From the sequence record KJ019086.1: a stretch of 64,000 bases of DNA, one strand, 5' to 3'. The translations under genes were made by a program, and so were the position numbers. Positions 9,175-18,272 of the stretch are shown here, piece after piece. Each line of letters starts with the position of its first letter. The first letter of the stretch is position 1. The notes under the pieces are model-generated. The model saw only the letters and a list, made by a program, of their open reading frames with translations, did not search any database and had not been told where the DNA came from.

Positions 9175-9622
9175 TCTAGAGCTAGAGTATCATCTTTATC
9201 TGGATGGAAACCCTATTCAGACACTGAAGGATGACGCTAGTACAATGACTTTAGCCAAGAAGAGGGTTATTGGTCCTTACATTCGTAGAGCTGAATCTTT
9301 TATTAAAATATCAGAACCATTTAGGGAACTACTTCGTCTTGATGATGGTAAGGATAAACTTCTAGATGCAATAGGTGTTGTCTGGGCACACTACTTTGAA
9401 CATAAGATTAACAAGAAGTATATGGTTATCCCTAAGGATGCATCTCTTGATTTTATGGAATACTTTGGTACTATGGTACAGAAGGATAAGTTTCCAGATG
9501 ATAAATATATTAAGAAAGCTCAGCGTATCATTCTCTCTCACGAAAAGAGTATTGATGCTTTCATTAAGGCTTTTCATAGTATCCGTTTAGCCAACGACAA
9601 ATATCTCTCCCTGAAGAAATGA
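9167..9622 (+). CDS. hypothetical protein
   Basis: 151-aa ORF overlapping both neighbours. Confidence 0.75.
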   Translation: MDDLELEYHLYLDGNPIQTLKDDASTMTLAKKRVIGPYIRRAESFIKISEPFRELLRLDDGKDKLLDAIGVVWAHYFEHKINKKYMVIPKDASLDFMEYFGTMVQKDKFPDDKYIKKAQRIILSHEKSIDAFIKAFHSIRLANDKYLSLKK

Positions 9623-12480
9623 TCACACCGAAGTCCCTACTATCATTCCTATCTGAAGCCGCTGATTCTGAGGCTGCACAACAGGCTAAGGAGATGGGTT
9701 TAACCTCTGCCGGTTATGGTAACTGGCGAGATAAACAGGGCAATGTTGTTGCCAAAACTGTAGATGGTCAGTTGGTGATGATTGACGCCAAGGCAGATCC
9801 TACGGCTAGACCAGCGGCACCTGAGGAGGAAATGCCACCTGAAGAGGAGGAGGAGCCCCAGTTTGTAGAACCAGATCCAGATATGGTTGAGACAGTAGCT
9901 AAGGGTCTTTCTGGTGGTAGATATAATATTGCATCAGCACAAAGGAAGAAAGCGTTACTGGCTTCTGCTAGACAGATATTAATCAATAAACAGATCCAAG
10001 ACGCTCAGATGCAAGCCGATGCTGAAGCTCAGGCAGCGGCACAAAACCCACCAGAACCTACTCCAGAGGAGTTGGCACAACAACAGGCGGATATGGAACT
10101 ACAGCAACAGAATGCTGTAATGGATACCGAACTGAAGGCACAGAGTGTTGAGAACGGGAAACTGGACCTTCAGATGAAGAAGGACCAGATGAAGCAACAG
10201 AAAGAGGCAGAGAAAGAAGCCAAGGCTATGGATAAGTTAGCCAAGAAGGCTCAGAGTCAGAAAGATCCTGGATCTATGGCTCAGAGGATGGCTAATGATG
10301 CTGAGTATGAGGCACAAGTTTCGAAGGATGGGGAAGAAGCTCTACTTGATGTTCAGACTGAACCTGATGTGGCTCCAGCGCCTAAACCAAAATCAAAGGC
10401 GTTAGATAAGGCTAACAAGAAAGCCAAAAAGATAGATACCACAGATTCTTCTGATAAAGAACTAAGATCTGCTGCTGATGATGTTATTCGTAGTCTACTC
10501 AGTGGAAACACTAAGAGGGCAGATAAAACATATAAAGAAATTAAGAGAAAGTCATTCAGTCAACTAAGAAATCAGACAGATAAACCACAGAAGAGGGAAG
10601 ATCCTAAAGTAACAGAGGAGAGATTTGCCTCTCTAGTTGATAATATCGATCCTAACAATCTAGGACCTGGTATGAGATATGATCCCATCAGAGGAAAGGC
10701 TTCCGCTAAGACGGCGGTTCTAAGTGGATTTGATTCACCAGAAGATTTCCCAGAGTTTCAATCCAAAGAACTAAAAGGTCTCACCTCACTTATCAGAGAC
10801 TATATTGAGAAAGAGAACACTATGTGGTTCAACTCCGAGGTAGATAGGAAGAGTGGTGAAGGTGATTTCTCCCTAGATGGTTCTGAATACTTTAGTGATG
10901 AGGAAGCCAAGTCAGTGAATACAGATCTCAAGAACTCTGCTGATATTTCACAGTTCTTAGATTGGGGTCTAACCTCAACCAAGGCTGGGAAGTTTGGTGC
11001 GCAGAAACTAGCCTATCCACAGGAAAGAATGGCTCTTATTGATAACTATGATAGTGAGGAATCTACATCACCAGAAGAACTTGTGGCTAAATCAACCATC
11101 AATAAGGTTTCAGATAATGAGGTGGATAAATCTTGGAGTACTCTTTCTGGTTCTAAAAAGAAGTGGTTTGAGACTGCTGGTCACGGTAGGGGGGGATCAC
11201 ACCCATACTGGAAGGAGAACCCAGAAGAGTGGGGCAAAGCTATGTTGAAGAGGTATCTAGAACAGGGTGGTAGGGATGGATACCTCCACTTTGAGGGAGC
11301 CCCACCACTACAGTTCAAGGATATGGCAGCTGATCACGTAATCTCCTACGCAGATAACACTGATTATTGGAAGAAGAAAGCACTAGAAGAAGATCCAAAC
11401 CTACAGGGATCTGAACTAGCAGAGAGGGCAAAACGGATCTCTGATGACCCATCTAACATTATCTTCACCCGATGGGGATTCAATCAACAGCAGAAAGATA
11501 AGAATCCTCTATGGGATGTTAGACAGAGATATGAGAAAGAATCTAAACAGGGTGCCTCGAAGCAAGATAATAAGGCACAGGAAAGTCAGAATAAAAAGAG
11601 GAGAGGTGAACTTCGTAATGAGTTGTATTGGAAACCACTTCAGGAAGCAGTTGGTGAGATAACAAAGAGGGACAAGAGTGGAAACATGAAGTTAACTCGA
11701 GAGGGTTATGATGAACTTCGTAATTATGCGAAAACTGGGTATCAGATGTTAGACAAATCTGGATATGGTAGAGACCTATCCAAATCTGCTGGCTTCTACC
11801 AGAGAAACGCTATGACAGACGCGTATCGTGCTCTAATTGGATCTATCAAACCTGGTATTCAGATCTTTGGTAGAGACAGACTCCGTGGTGGTGACGGACA
11901 ACAGGCGAGTGACTGGCAGGGTATTGACGGAAAACACTCCAATACTGCGGCAGATGGAAACATAGATCAGGGATCAATGGTTGATCCAGGCACTGATTAT
12001 GTGAAGCACGCTATGGCACAACTACACCTATTCGGTGGTGATAAAGGTAGACTTCTCGCCAAAGAATCTATGGATAGAATCAAGAGAGCGGGTGATGCTC
12101 TAGTTGTTGGTGATATTGGAACTGGAATGTTCACGAAATATATCGCTGATAACCTATCTGCTATGAAGCAACTAGCAGACGAGGGTGGTTTGGAATTGGA
12201 TTATGATGATGAATCTGGAGATCACCAGAGAATCCTTAACGCAAACATCATAAAGAATGTTCTAAAGGAGAAGAACCCTTCTGGTTATCGTTTGGAAGAA
12301 GATATCTTCAATGAAGATAGACCAGCGATGAGAGGAAACATAGCGAAGAAGAGGAATGATGAAGAGTTCACTAGACTGAATGAGGATCTACGTGCACTTA
12401 TGAATCCTGGTGAATGGGATGAGATCTATAAGGATACTGTTCTTGAACAGTTTGAATATGATGGGGAACTTATGTTATAA
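9619..12480 (+). CDS. 953-aa probable internal-head protein with a central HNH-like nuclease motif
   Basis: N-terminus SFLSEA plus a module shared with the cytidyltransferase; long Q/E/K/P-rich linker; YLEQGG...ADHVISY...DDPSN...FNQQQKD. Confidence 0.55.
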   Translation: MITPKSLLSFLSEAADSEAAQQAKEMGLTSAGYGNWRDKQGNVVAKTVDGQLVMIDAKADPTARPAAPEEEMPPEEEEEPQFVEPDPDMVETVAKGLSGGRYNIASAQRKKALLASARQILINKQIQDAQMQADAEAQAAAQNPPEPTPEELAQQQADMELQQQNAVMDTELKAQSVENGKLDLQMKKDQMKQQKEAEKEAKAMDKLAKKAQSQKDPGSMAQRMANDAEYEAQVSKDGEEALLDVQTEPDVAPAPKPKSKALDKANKKAKKIDTTDSSDKELRSAADDVIRSLLSGNTKRADKTYKEIKRKSFSQLRNQTDKPQKREDPKVTEERFASLVDNIDPNNLGPGMRYDPIRGKASAKTAVLSGFDSPEDFPEFQSKELKGLTSLIRDYIEKENTMWFNSEVDRKSGEGDFSLDGSEYFSDEEAKSVNTDLKNSADISQFLDWGLTSTKAGKFGAQKLAYPQERMALIDNYDSEESTSPEELVAKSTINKVSDNEVDKSWSTLSGSKKKWFETAGHGRGGSHPYWKENPEEWGKAMLKRYLEQGGRDGYLHFEGAPPLQFKDMAADHVISYADNTDYWKKKALEEDPNLQGSELAERAKRISDDPSNIIFTRWGFNQQQKDKNPLWDVRQRYEKESKQGASKQDNKAQESQNKKRRGELRNELYWKPLQEAVGEITKRDKSGNMKLTREGYDELRNYAKTGYQMLDKSGYGRDLSKSAGFYQRNAMTDAYRALIGSIKPGIQIFGRDRLRGGDGQQASDWQGIDGKHSNTAADGNIDQGSMVDPGTDYVKHAMAQLHLFGGDKGRLLAKESMDRIKRAGDALVVGDIGTGMFTKYIADNLSAMKQLADEGGLELDYDDESGDHQRILNANIIKNVLKEKNPSGYRLEEDIFNEDRPAMRGNIAKKRNDEEFTRLNEDLRALMNPGEWDEIYKDTVLEQFEYDGELML

Positions 12481-12506
12481 TATAGAGAGTCTCTCTGTAT
12501 TATAGT

Positions 12507-13280
12507 ATGATTGATCTGATCCACGAAGAGTGTATCGCTGGTATGAATAAACTCCCAGAGGGTAGTGTGGATGTGATTGTTACTTCCCCTCCCTACAATC
12601 TGGGTATCGATTATTCCACATACTCTGATAAGAAGGGTAGGGTAGAGTATTTGTCATGGATGCGGGATGTATTTCTTGCCGCCAGGAGAGTTCTAAAGGA
12701 TCAGGGACATCTTTTTCTAAATGTTGGTTATTCTAATATTGATCCTTGGGTTAACATGGATGTTGCACAGACACTCCGTGAAGATTGGGTGTTGCAGAAT
12801 AATATTTGTTGGGTTAAATCTATTCACGTTGGGGATAAAACAACAGGACACTTCAAACCAATCAACTCCAAGAGGTTTATTAACCCAACATGGGAGTCAC
12901 TATTTCACTTCACTAAAGACGGGAATGTGGAGATTGATAAACTAGGTGTAGGTGTTCCCTTTGAGGTGAAGTCTAATATCAAGAGGTGTGGTCACGCACA
13001 GGACCTACGGGACAGGGGAAACAGTTGGTTTGTTCCCTATCCACACATCGCTAGGAAGCACCAGAAAGCAAACCATCCCGCTATCTTTCCTCCTGATCTG
13101 GTGAAGTTTTGTCTAAAGACTTCTGGTATTGATAAAGGTGTTCTGATGGATCCTTTTGTTGGAACTGGAACTTCAGCGTGGGTAGCACAAGAGATGGAAT
13201 GGGACTTTATAGGTTATGATATTGATGAAGAGTATTTGGATTTTGCTAGATCGAGGTTAATGAATGTCACAGCGTTTTGA
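12507..13280 (+). CDS. beta-class DNA amino-methyltransferase (probably N4-cytosine)
   Basis: VTSPPY near the N-terminus, HPAIFP, and DPFVGTGTS near the C-terminus. Confidence 0.9.
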   Translation: MIDLIHEECIAGMNKLPEGSVDVIVTSPPYNLGIDYSTYSDKKGRVEYLSWMRDVFLAARRVLKDQGHLFLNVGYSNIDPWVNMDVAQTLREDWVLQNNICWVKSIHVGDKTTGHFKPINSKRFINPTWESLFHFTKDGNVEIDKLGVGVPFEVKSNIKRCGHAQDLRDRGNSWFVPYPHIARKHQKANHPAIFPPDLVKFCLKTSGIDKGVLMDPFVGTGTSAWVAQEMEWDFIGYDIDEEYLDFARSRLMNVTAF

Positions 13281-14010
13281 TGTTGTTATTGGCAACCCCC
13301 CATACCAGGATGGTAGTGGGGATAAAGAGAAGGGGTTATCTGGATCAAAGAAGAACCTATACTCTGCCTTTATCACCAAGAGTATTGAACTACTAAAACC
13401 CAACGGATATCTATCATATATCTGTCCACCTGGATACATCAAAACAACTTCTATTGAGAAACCCTCACCACTATTCAAACTAATCCAACAGTATAATCTT
13501 ATCTCTGTTGACTTCAATTGTAAGAAATACTTTCCAACAGTCTCCCTACCAGTCATCACCCGTTTCCTTCTACAGAACACAAAGGAATATAAGGGAACTG
13601 ATTTTGGTAGTGAGGTCATTGATATTTCTCTTATGGATTATATACCTATCCATTGTTCCAAAGATACACTGAAACGGTTAGAAGAGGTAGTATCCAAGAA
13701 GAAAACCCTAAACTTTAAGAGAGATGATAGTTTTGGGGTAGTGAATAGGTGTATCAAAGACAAAACTAACTTTGTCGTTATAGCACAAGTATCACCATCC
13801 AAACTAGAAGTTTGTGTGAATGATGTATTGATAAATAAAAAGGGAAACAGGAAACCAGTTCATGTTATGGTATGTGATAATACTAGGCATGCGGAACGTA
13901 TTGGTGATATAATGAGAAGCGAGAATGCCACATTTTTAAATACCACCCTACGATATGGTGATGGAAACGTCTATCCTGGAATCATTAACTACCTAAACTA
14001 TGAAATTTGA
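13264..14010 (+). CDS. gamma-class/Eco57I-like N6-adenine MTase, catalytic plus TRD half (no motif I)
   Basis: Starts FDVVIGNPPY; Y.AFI.K...LLK..GYLSYI.P; in-frame stop directly upstream. Confidence 0.75.
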   Translation: MSQRFDVVIGNPPYQDGSGDKEKGLSGSKKNLYSAFITKSIELLKPNGYLSYICPPGYIKTTSIEKPSPLFKLIQQYNLISVDFNCKKYFPTVSLPVITRFLLQNTKEYKGTDFGSEVIDISLMDYIPIHCSKDTLKRLEEVVSKKKTLNFKRDDSFGVVNRCIKDKTNFVVIAQVSPSKLEVCVNDVLINKKGNRKPVHVMVCDNTRHAERIGDIMRSENATFLNTTLRYGDGNVYPGIINYLNYEI

Positions 14011-14028
14011 TGTTGTTATTGGCAACCC
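13276..14028 (+). repeat. 23-nt identical direct repeat TTTGATGTTGTTATTGGCAACCC at 13276-13298 and 14006-14028
   Basis: Read directly; similarity continues through CCATA(C/T)CAG. Confidence 0.9.
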
Positions 14029-14905
14029 TCCATATCAGAATCCTGATGGTGTAAAGAACAAGAAGATCTGGTTATCTTTCTTTGATCTTGGTGTCTCTCT
14101 CCTAAAGGAGGGTGGTACTATGTGTTATATCACGCCCACCACTCACTTCTGGAGTTTGGGTAGAAAGTGGCAAACTGGTGTGTCTGCTGATATTCTACTG
14201 AAACAGAACAACCTTCGTAGTGTAGATTTCACAACATCCAAACACTTCCCACAGGTTGGTGACTACATCTGCAACTATGTTCTACGCAAAGAACCTCCCA
14301 GTGGTATGGTAGATGTTATTGAGAAAGATGGGACAGAGGTTCTACGCCCACATGATGATGTCTATGATTGTGATGAGGAGAGACAAAAGGCAAAGTTCTT
14401 CTCTGCTATGAGAGAACTACGAGAGAAGTATGGGAAGTATCATATTCCCCACGACACAAGAGATAAGAGTCATTATAGTCAGACACAGGAGGGTGTGTAT
14501 CAGCATCCTACTTATATTTCGGCAGCAAAACAGATATGGTATGCTGACAGTCCTACACTAGGAACTGATACATTAAAGATTATTATGAATATGTCTTCCT
14601 ACTTCTGGAATATCAATGATACTCAGAAGTATATGAGGATTGATTCAGGTCCTGGTGTTGGTTTATTGGGAAGAATGTTGGCAATTGATAGTGTGGAAGA
14701 TGGTGAGAAGATAGTTGAGTATCTAACTTCACCACTAGTGAAGTTCTACATTGACTGTATGAAGAGAACGAGTCCATGGAATCATGGGGTCTACCAGTTG
14801 CCAAAGTGTCACCATATGACAGAGGATGAGATTCTGGAAGAAATAGGTTATAATAAGGATGAGTTTTATAGCATGTATCCAGATAGATTAAATGTCAAAG
14901 TCTAA
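14000..14905 (+). CDS. second gamma-class MTase catalytic plus TRD half (no motif I)
   Basis: Starts MKFDVVIGNPPY; LLKEGG.MCYITP; C-terminal SPLVKF typical of Eco57I-like TRD ends. Confidence 0.75.
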   Translation: MKFDVVIGNPPYQNPDGVKNKKIWLSFFDLGVSLLKEGGTMCYITPTTHFWSLGRKWQTGVSADILLKQNNLRSVDFTTSKHFPQVGDYICNYVLRKEPPSGMVDVIEKDGTEVLRPHDDVYDCDEERQKAKFFSAMRELREKYGKYHIPHDTRDKSHYSQTQEGVYQHPTYISAAKQIWYADSPTLGTDTLKIIMNMSSYFWNINDTQKYMRIDSGPGVGLLGRMLAIDSVEDGEKIVEYLTSPLVKFYIDCMKRTSPWNHGVYQLPKCHHMTEDEILEEIGYNKDEFYSMYPDRLNVKV

Positions 14906-15395
14906 ACAGAGTTGGTATAAAACATGGACTAGTATGAAGTGGAGGTGTGATAATAACATTGACAAATATAAAGACATTACATATTGTGACGAATGGAAAG
15001 ACTCCGATCAGTTCCACGCTGATATGGGGGACAGACCAGAGGGGAAGACACTGGATAGGATAGATGGGGCGATGATATACTCACCAGAAACATGTAGATG
15101 GGCGACCCCACAGGAACAATCAGAGAACAGACCTACATTCAACTATAACTATAACGGAATGTCTCTGATGGAAAATTGTCGACAGAGGTCACTTCATTAC
15201 CCCACAATTCTGGGTAGAATACAAAGAGGATCAACAATTAGTGAAGCGCTGGAAACCCCAGTGGTAGATTATAGAATAATGTATGAAGGGAAAACATTAG
15301 CGGAAGTGTGTAGGGAACGGGGGTTGACATATAGGAAAATATATACTAGGATCAGACGAGGTATGGAAATCAAGACAGCAATTGAGAAGGGTTGA
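14892..15395 (+). CDS. HNH homing endonuclease
   Basis: W.SMKWRC...F.ADMGDRPEGKTLDRID...Y...CRWAT..EQ..NR, plus two C-terminal HTH-like repeats. Confidence 0.85.
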   Translation: MSKSKQSWYKTWTSMKWRCDNNIDKYKDITYCDEWKDSDQFHADMGDRPEGKTLDRIDGAMIYSPETCRWATPQEQSENRPTFNYNYNGMSLMENCRQRSLHYPTILGRIQRGSTISEALETPVVDYRIMYEGKTLAEVCRERGLTYRKIYTRIRRGMEIKTAIEKG

Positions 15396-15420
15396 CAAGG
15401 GGTCCCAGGTGTGTTATACT
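15392..15420 (+). promoter_or_regulatory. sigma70 promoter TTGACA-N17-TATACT for the dam2-sigma pair
   Basis: 15392-15397 and 15415-15420, with an extended TGTG. Confidence 0.8.
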
Positions 15421-15445
15421 ATCTGGGTAGGTTAGGTTATTCTGT

Positions 15446-16327
15446 ATGGTGAAACCCCTGTTTAAGTGGACTGGTGGAAAGGGGCGACTATTCCAGAAGT
15501 ATCAAGATCTAAACTTCTTCCCAGAGGCAGACAGGTTCGACACATTTGTTGACCTGTTTTTTGGTGCTGGGTCAGTCACCCTTTGGGTTGCGGAGAAGTA
15601 TCCAGATAAGAAACTCATTATTAATGATAAGAACACGGAACTTATGGGGTTATATACCCAAATACGTGATAACTGGGGTGAGTTTAGTGAGCACTATAAG
15701 AGAGTGTATAACGTATTCCTAGACACCCCAATAGAGAAAAGAAAGGCACTCTATAACTGTTATAAGAAGAGATATGCATGGAACTATAAGTGGTTGTCAG
15801 AAGCAGAGATTGCGGCAAACCTCTTGGTTATGATGAAGATTAACTTCAATGGTATTTGGTTAGCGTATAAGATGTATGGTCGTAGGTATTCTACGGCACC
15901 AGGGAAGATTGATTATAAAGAAAGTATCTTTGGTATGGAGAATGTGGAACAGTTCCGTCAAGTCCTACTACGGGCAACACTCTACAATAGATCCTTTGAG
16001 GATGTTCCTATTCCTGATAACTCCTGGGTATTTGCTGATCCACCATACAGAGACACCAGAGATATGTATTCCGATACATTCACCGATGAACTTCAGTCTA
16101 AACTGGCAAAGTTCATAGTTTCTACAGACGGACTATACTGTGAGTCTAATAAAGAAACTGGTGATGGTTTCTGGGGAGAACACTTCCCTATGGAGAACAT
16201 CCACTTCACAGATCACAAATACACTTGTGGTTATGGGGGATCCATTAACCCAGTCACTGAAGTTCTTATAAAGAACTATGGGAATAATATCCCACAACCA
16301 ACTACCCTTGATTCCTTTTTTAACTGA
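15446..16327 (+). CDS. second Dam-family DNA adenine methyltransferase
   Basis: KPLFKWTGGK, DLFFGAGSV and FADPPY. Confidence 0.88.
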   Translation: MVKPLFKWTGGKGRLFQKYQDLNFFPEADRFDTFVDLFFGAGSVTLWVAEKYPDKKLIINDKNTELMGLYTQIRDNWGEFSEHYKRVYNVFLDTPIEKRKALYNCYKKRYAWNYKWLSEAEIAANLLVMMKINFNGIWLAYKMYGRRYSTAPGKIDYKESIFGMENVEQFRQVLLRATLYNRSFEDVPIPDNSWVFADPPYRDTRDMYSDTFTDELQSKLAKFIVSTDGLYCESNKETGDGFWGEHFPMENIHFTDHKYTCGYGGSINPVTEVLIKNYGNNIPQPTTLDSFFN

Positions 16328-16329
16328 TT

Positions 16330-17022
16330 ATGCAAAAGAAAAACCGTATCTCCCACGAAGAAGAAATTAAACTATGTCGTCAGGCACAACTACAAGATCA
16401 TACATCCAAGTATGCTATGACTAAAATGGTTAGTGCTAATATTGGGTTGGTTGAGAAACTCGCTAACAAACTCTACATCAAGAATGATCAATACTCTTTC
16501 GATGATCTATACCAGGAGGGTGTATTTGGTCTTATCAGAGGTGTGAATAAGTTTGATCCTAGTGTTGGATGTAGGTTCTCCACCTATTCCTACTACTGGA
16601 TTTATAGTTATATTATGAGGTATTGTGAGAATAACCTAGGCAAGATCCGTATTCCCACTCACCTCCGTGAGAAAATGAGGAAACAGAAAGATAATAAGGT
16701 AGAGTTGGATAAACTAAAATCAAAGGTTCCTTCAGTAGTATCATTGAATACAATAGTGGGTGAATCACTATCCTTGGATAATGTAGTTACATACACCGAG
16801 AATATCTCATTTGATGATGAGATGGAACATGTTTTGGTTGTTATGGGTGAGGTTTTAGATGAAAGAGAACACCAGGTTCTCTGTAGTAGGTTTGGTATTG
16901 GTGGTGAGAAACCACTATCCCAGAGAGAGTGTGCTAAACTACACAATGTTACCCATGGTGCTATCTATTTGATTGAGAAGAAATCAATCAAGAAAATCAA
17001 ACACTATATGGGGTATAAATAA
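16330..17022 (+). CDS. sigma70-family RNA polymerase sigma factor (RpoD/RpoS-like, divergent)
   Basis: Region 2 N.GLV...DDLYQEG..GLIRGVNKFDP..G.RFSTY..YWI; region 4 LDERE..VL..RFG. Confidence 0.88.
   Translation: MQKKNRISHEEEIKLCRQAQLQDHTSKYAMTKMVSANIGLVEKLANKLYIKNDQYSFDDLYQEGVFGLIRGVNKFDPSVGCRFSTYSYYWIYSYIMRYCENNLGKIRIPTHLREKMRKQKDNKVELDKLKSKVPSVVSLNTIVGESLSLDNVVTYTENISFDDEMEHVLVVMGEVLDEREHQVLCSRFGIGGEKPLSQRECAKLHNVTHGAIYLIEKKSIKKIKHYMGYK
17014..17021 (+). promoter_or_regulatory. T4 late promoter TATAAATA
   Basis: Exact motif 17 nt before the ATG at 17039. Confidence 0.75.
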
Positions 17023-17038
17023 TACTATAGTAGATTCT

Positions 17039-18253
17039 ATGGCGATGAGATCGTTTCTAACATTCCTAACCGAAGCCCGTTCTCGTGCATCTAAAAGAGC
17101 CAAAGAGTTGGGACTCACTGGCAACGGTCACGGTGGATGGGAAGATAACGAAGGTAACCTAGTCGCTATGACTGTGAAGGGTGATCTGGAGTTTGTGAAG
17201 GGAAGAGAACCCAAAGAGGAAGAAGAACCCGATGAAAAGAATTCTGTTCCTGGAGAGGAGCCAACATCCAACAAAGCGCCTGGGGTAGATCCAGAGAACA
17301 CAGATACTCCAAGACAGAAAGAACCAGCGCCTGTTCCCAAAGATAAGGGTATTCTAACTGTTGCTTTCGGTAGGTTTAACCCTCCTACGATTGGACATGA
17401 GAAACTAATCAATACTGTAGCATCATATTCAGAGAACGGTGATTACATAATCATTCCCTCTAGGAGTGAGGATAAGAAGAAGAACCCTTTAGATATCGAC
17501 ACTAAAGTTAGTATCATGAGGCAGATGTATCCAACACACGCCGAGAAGATTGTTAACGATCCACATAACAGAACCATCTTTGATGTTATGCGTAAGGCGC
17601 ATAATGATGGTTACGCTGGTATTAGGATTGTTGGTGGTGGAGATAGAGTTAAGGAATATGAGAAGTTAGCCAACGCATATAACGGATCTACCTATCAGTT
17701 TGATGAAATTGATGTAGTAAACGCTGGTGACAGGGATCCAGATGCAGAAGGTGCAGAGGGTATGTCTGCTTCCAAGATGAGAAAAGCAGCAGCTGATAAC
17801 GACTTTGCTTCTTTCAGAAAGGGAATGCCAAAGACTCTCAGTAACGATCAGATGGTTTCTATCTACACTCAGGTCCAGAAGTCTATGGGTGTAACACCTA
17901 AGGAAGCTGTAATTGAAAACTGGAAAGTTGCTCCTAGACTGTATCCACAGGAACTGAGAGAGGCTTATATCCAAAACGAAATCTATAATATTGGTGATAC
18001 TGTCAGTCATGACACCACTGGTATGGTAGGTAAGATCGTAAGAAAGGGAACTAACCACTTGATCTGCGTAACAGAAAGTGAAGAGATGTTCAAGACCTGG
18101 ACACAGGATGTTAGTCCTGCGGATCTAAAACCACAACCAGCAATCTCTACTCCAAAGGAGAGGGAAGTTGGAACAGATTCCCTTAGATCTTTCCTTCAAA
18201 GGATCACTCCAGGAGAGAAAGAGCAATCCTTTATAAATAAACATAAGAAATAA
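17039..18253 (+). CDS. cytidyltransferase-like (nucleotidyltransferase) protein
   Basis: VAFGRFNPPTIGHEKL (HxGH-type), GGGDRV and MSASKMR; N-terminal FLTFLTEA. Start set downstream of the late promoter. Confidence 0.85.
   Translation: MAMRSFLTFLTEARSRASKRAKELGLTGNGHGGWEDNEGNLVAMTVKGDLEFVKGREPKEEEEPDEKNSVPGEEPTSNKAPGVDPENTDTPRQKEPAPVPKDKGILTVAFGRFNPPTIGHEKLINTVASYSENGDYIIIPSRSEDKKKNPLDIDTKVSIMRQMYPTHAEKIVNDPHNRTIFDVMRKAHNDGYAGIRIVGGGDRVKEYEKLANAYNGSTYQFDEIDVVNAGDRDPDAEGAEGMSASKMRKAAADNDFASFRKGMPKTLSNDQMVSIYTQVQKSMGVTPKEAVIENWKVAPRLYPQELREAYIQNEIYNIGDTVSHDTTGMVGKIVRKGTNHLICVTESEEMFKTWTQDVSPADLKPQPAISTPKEREVGTDSLRSFLQRITPGEKEQSFINKHKK
18232..18239 (+). promoter_or_regulatory. T4 late promoter TATAAATA
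   Basis: Exact motif upstream of ORF 18273. Confidence 0.7.
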
Positions 18254-18272
18254 GACAGTTCCTTTTTAGAAG

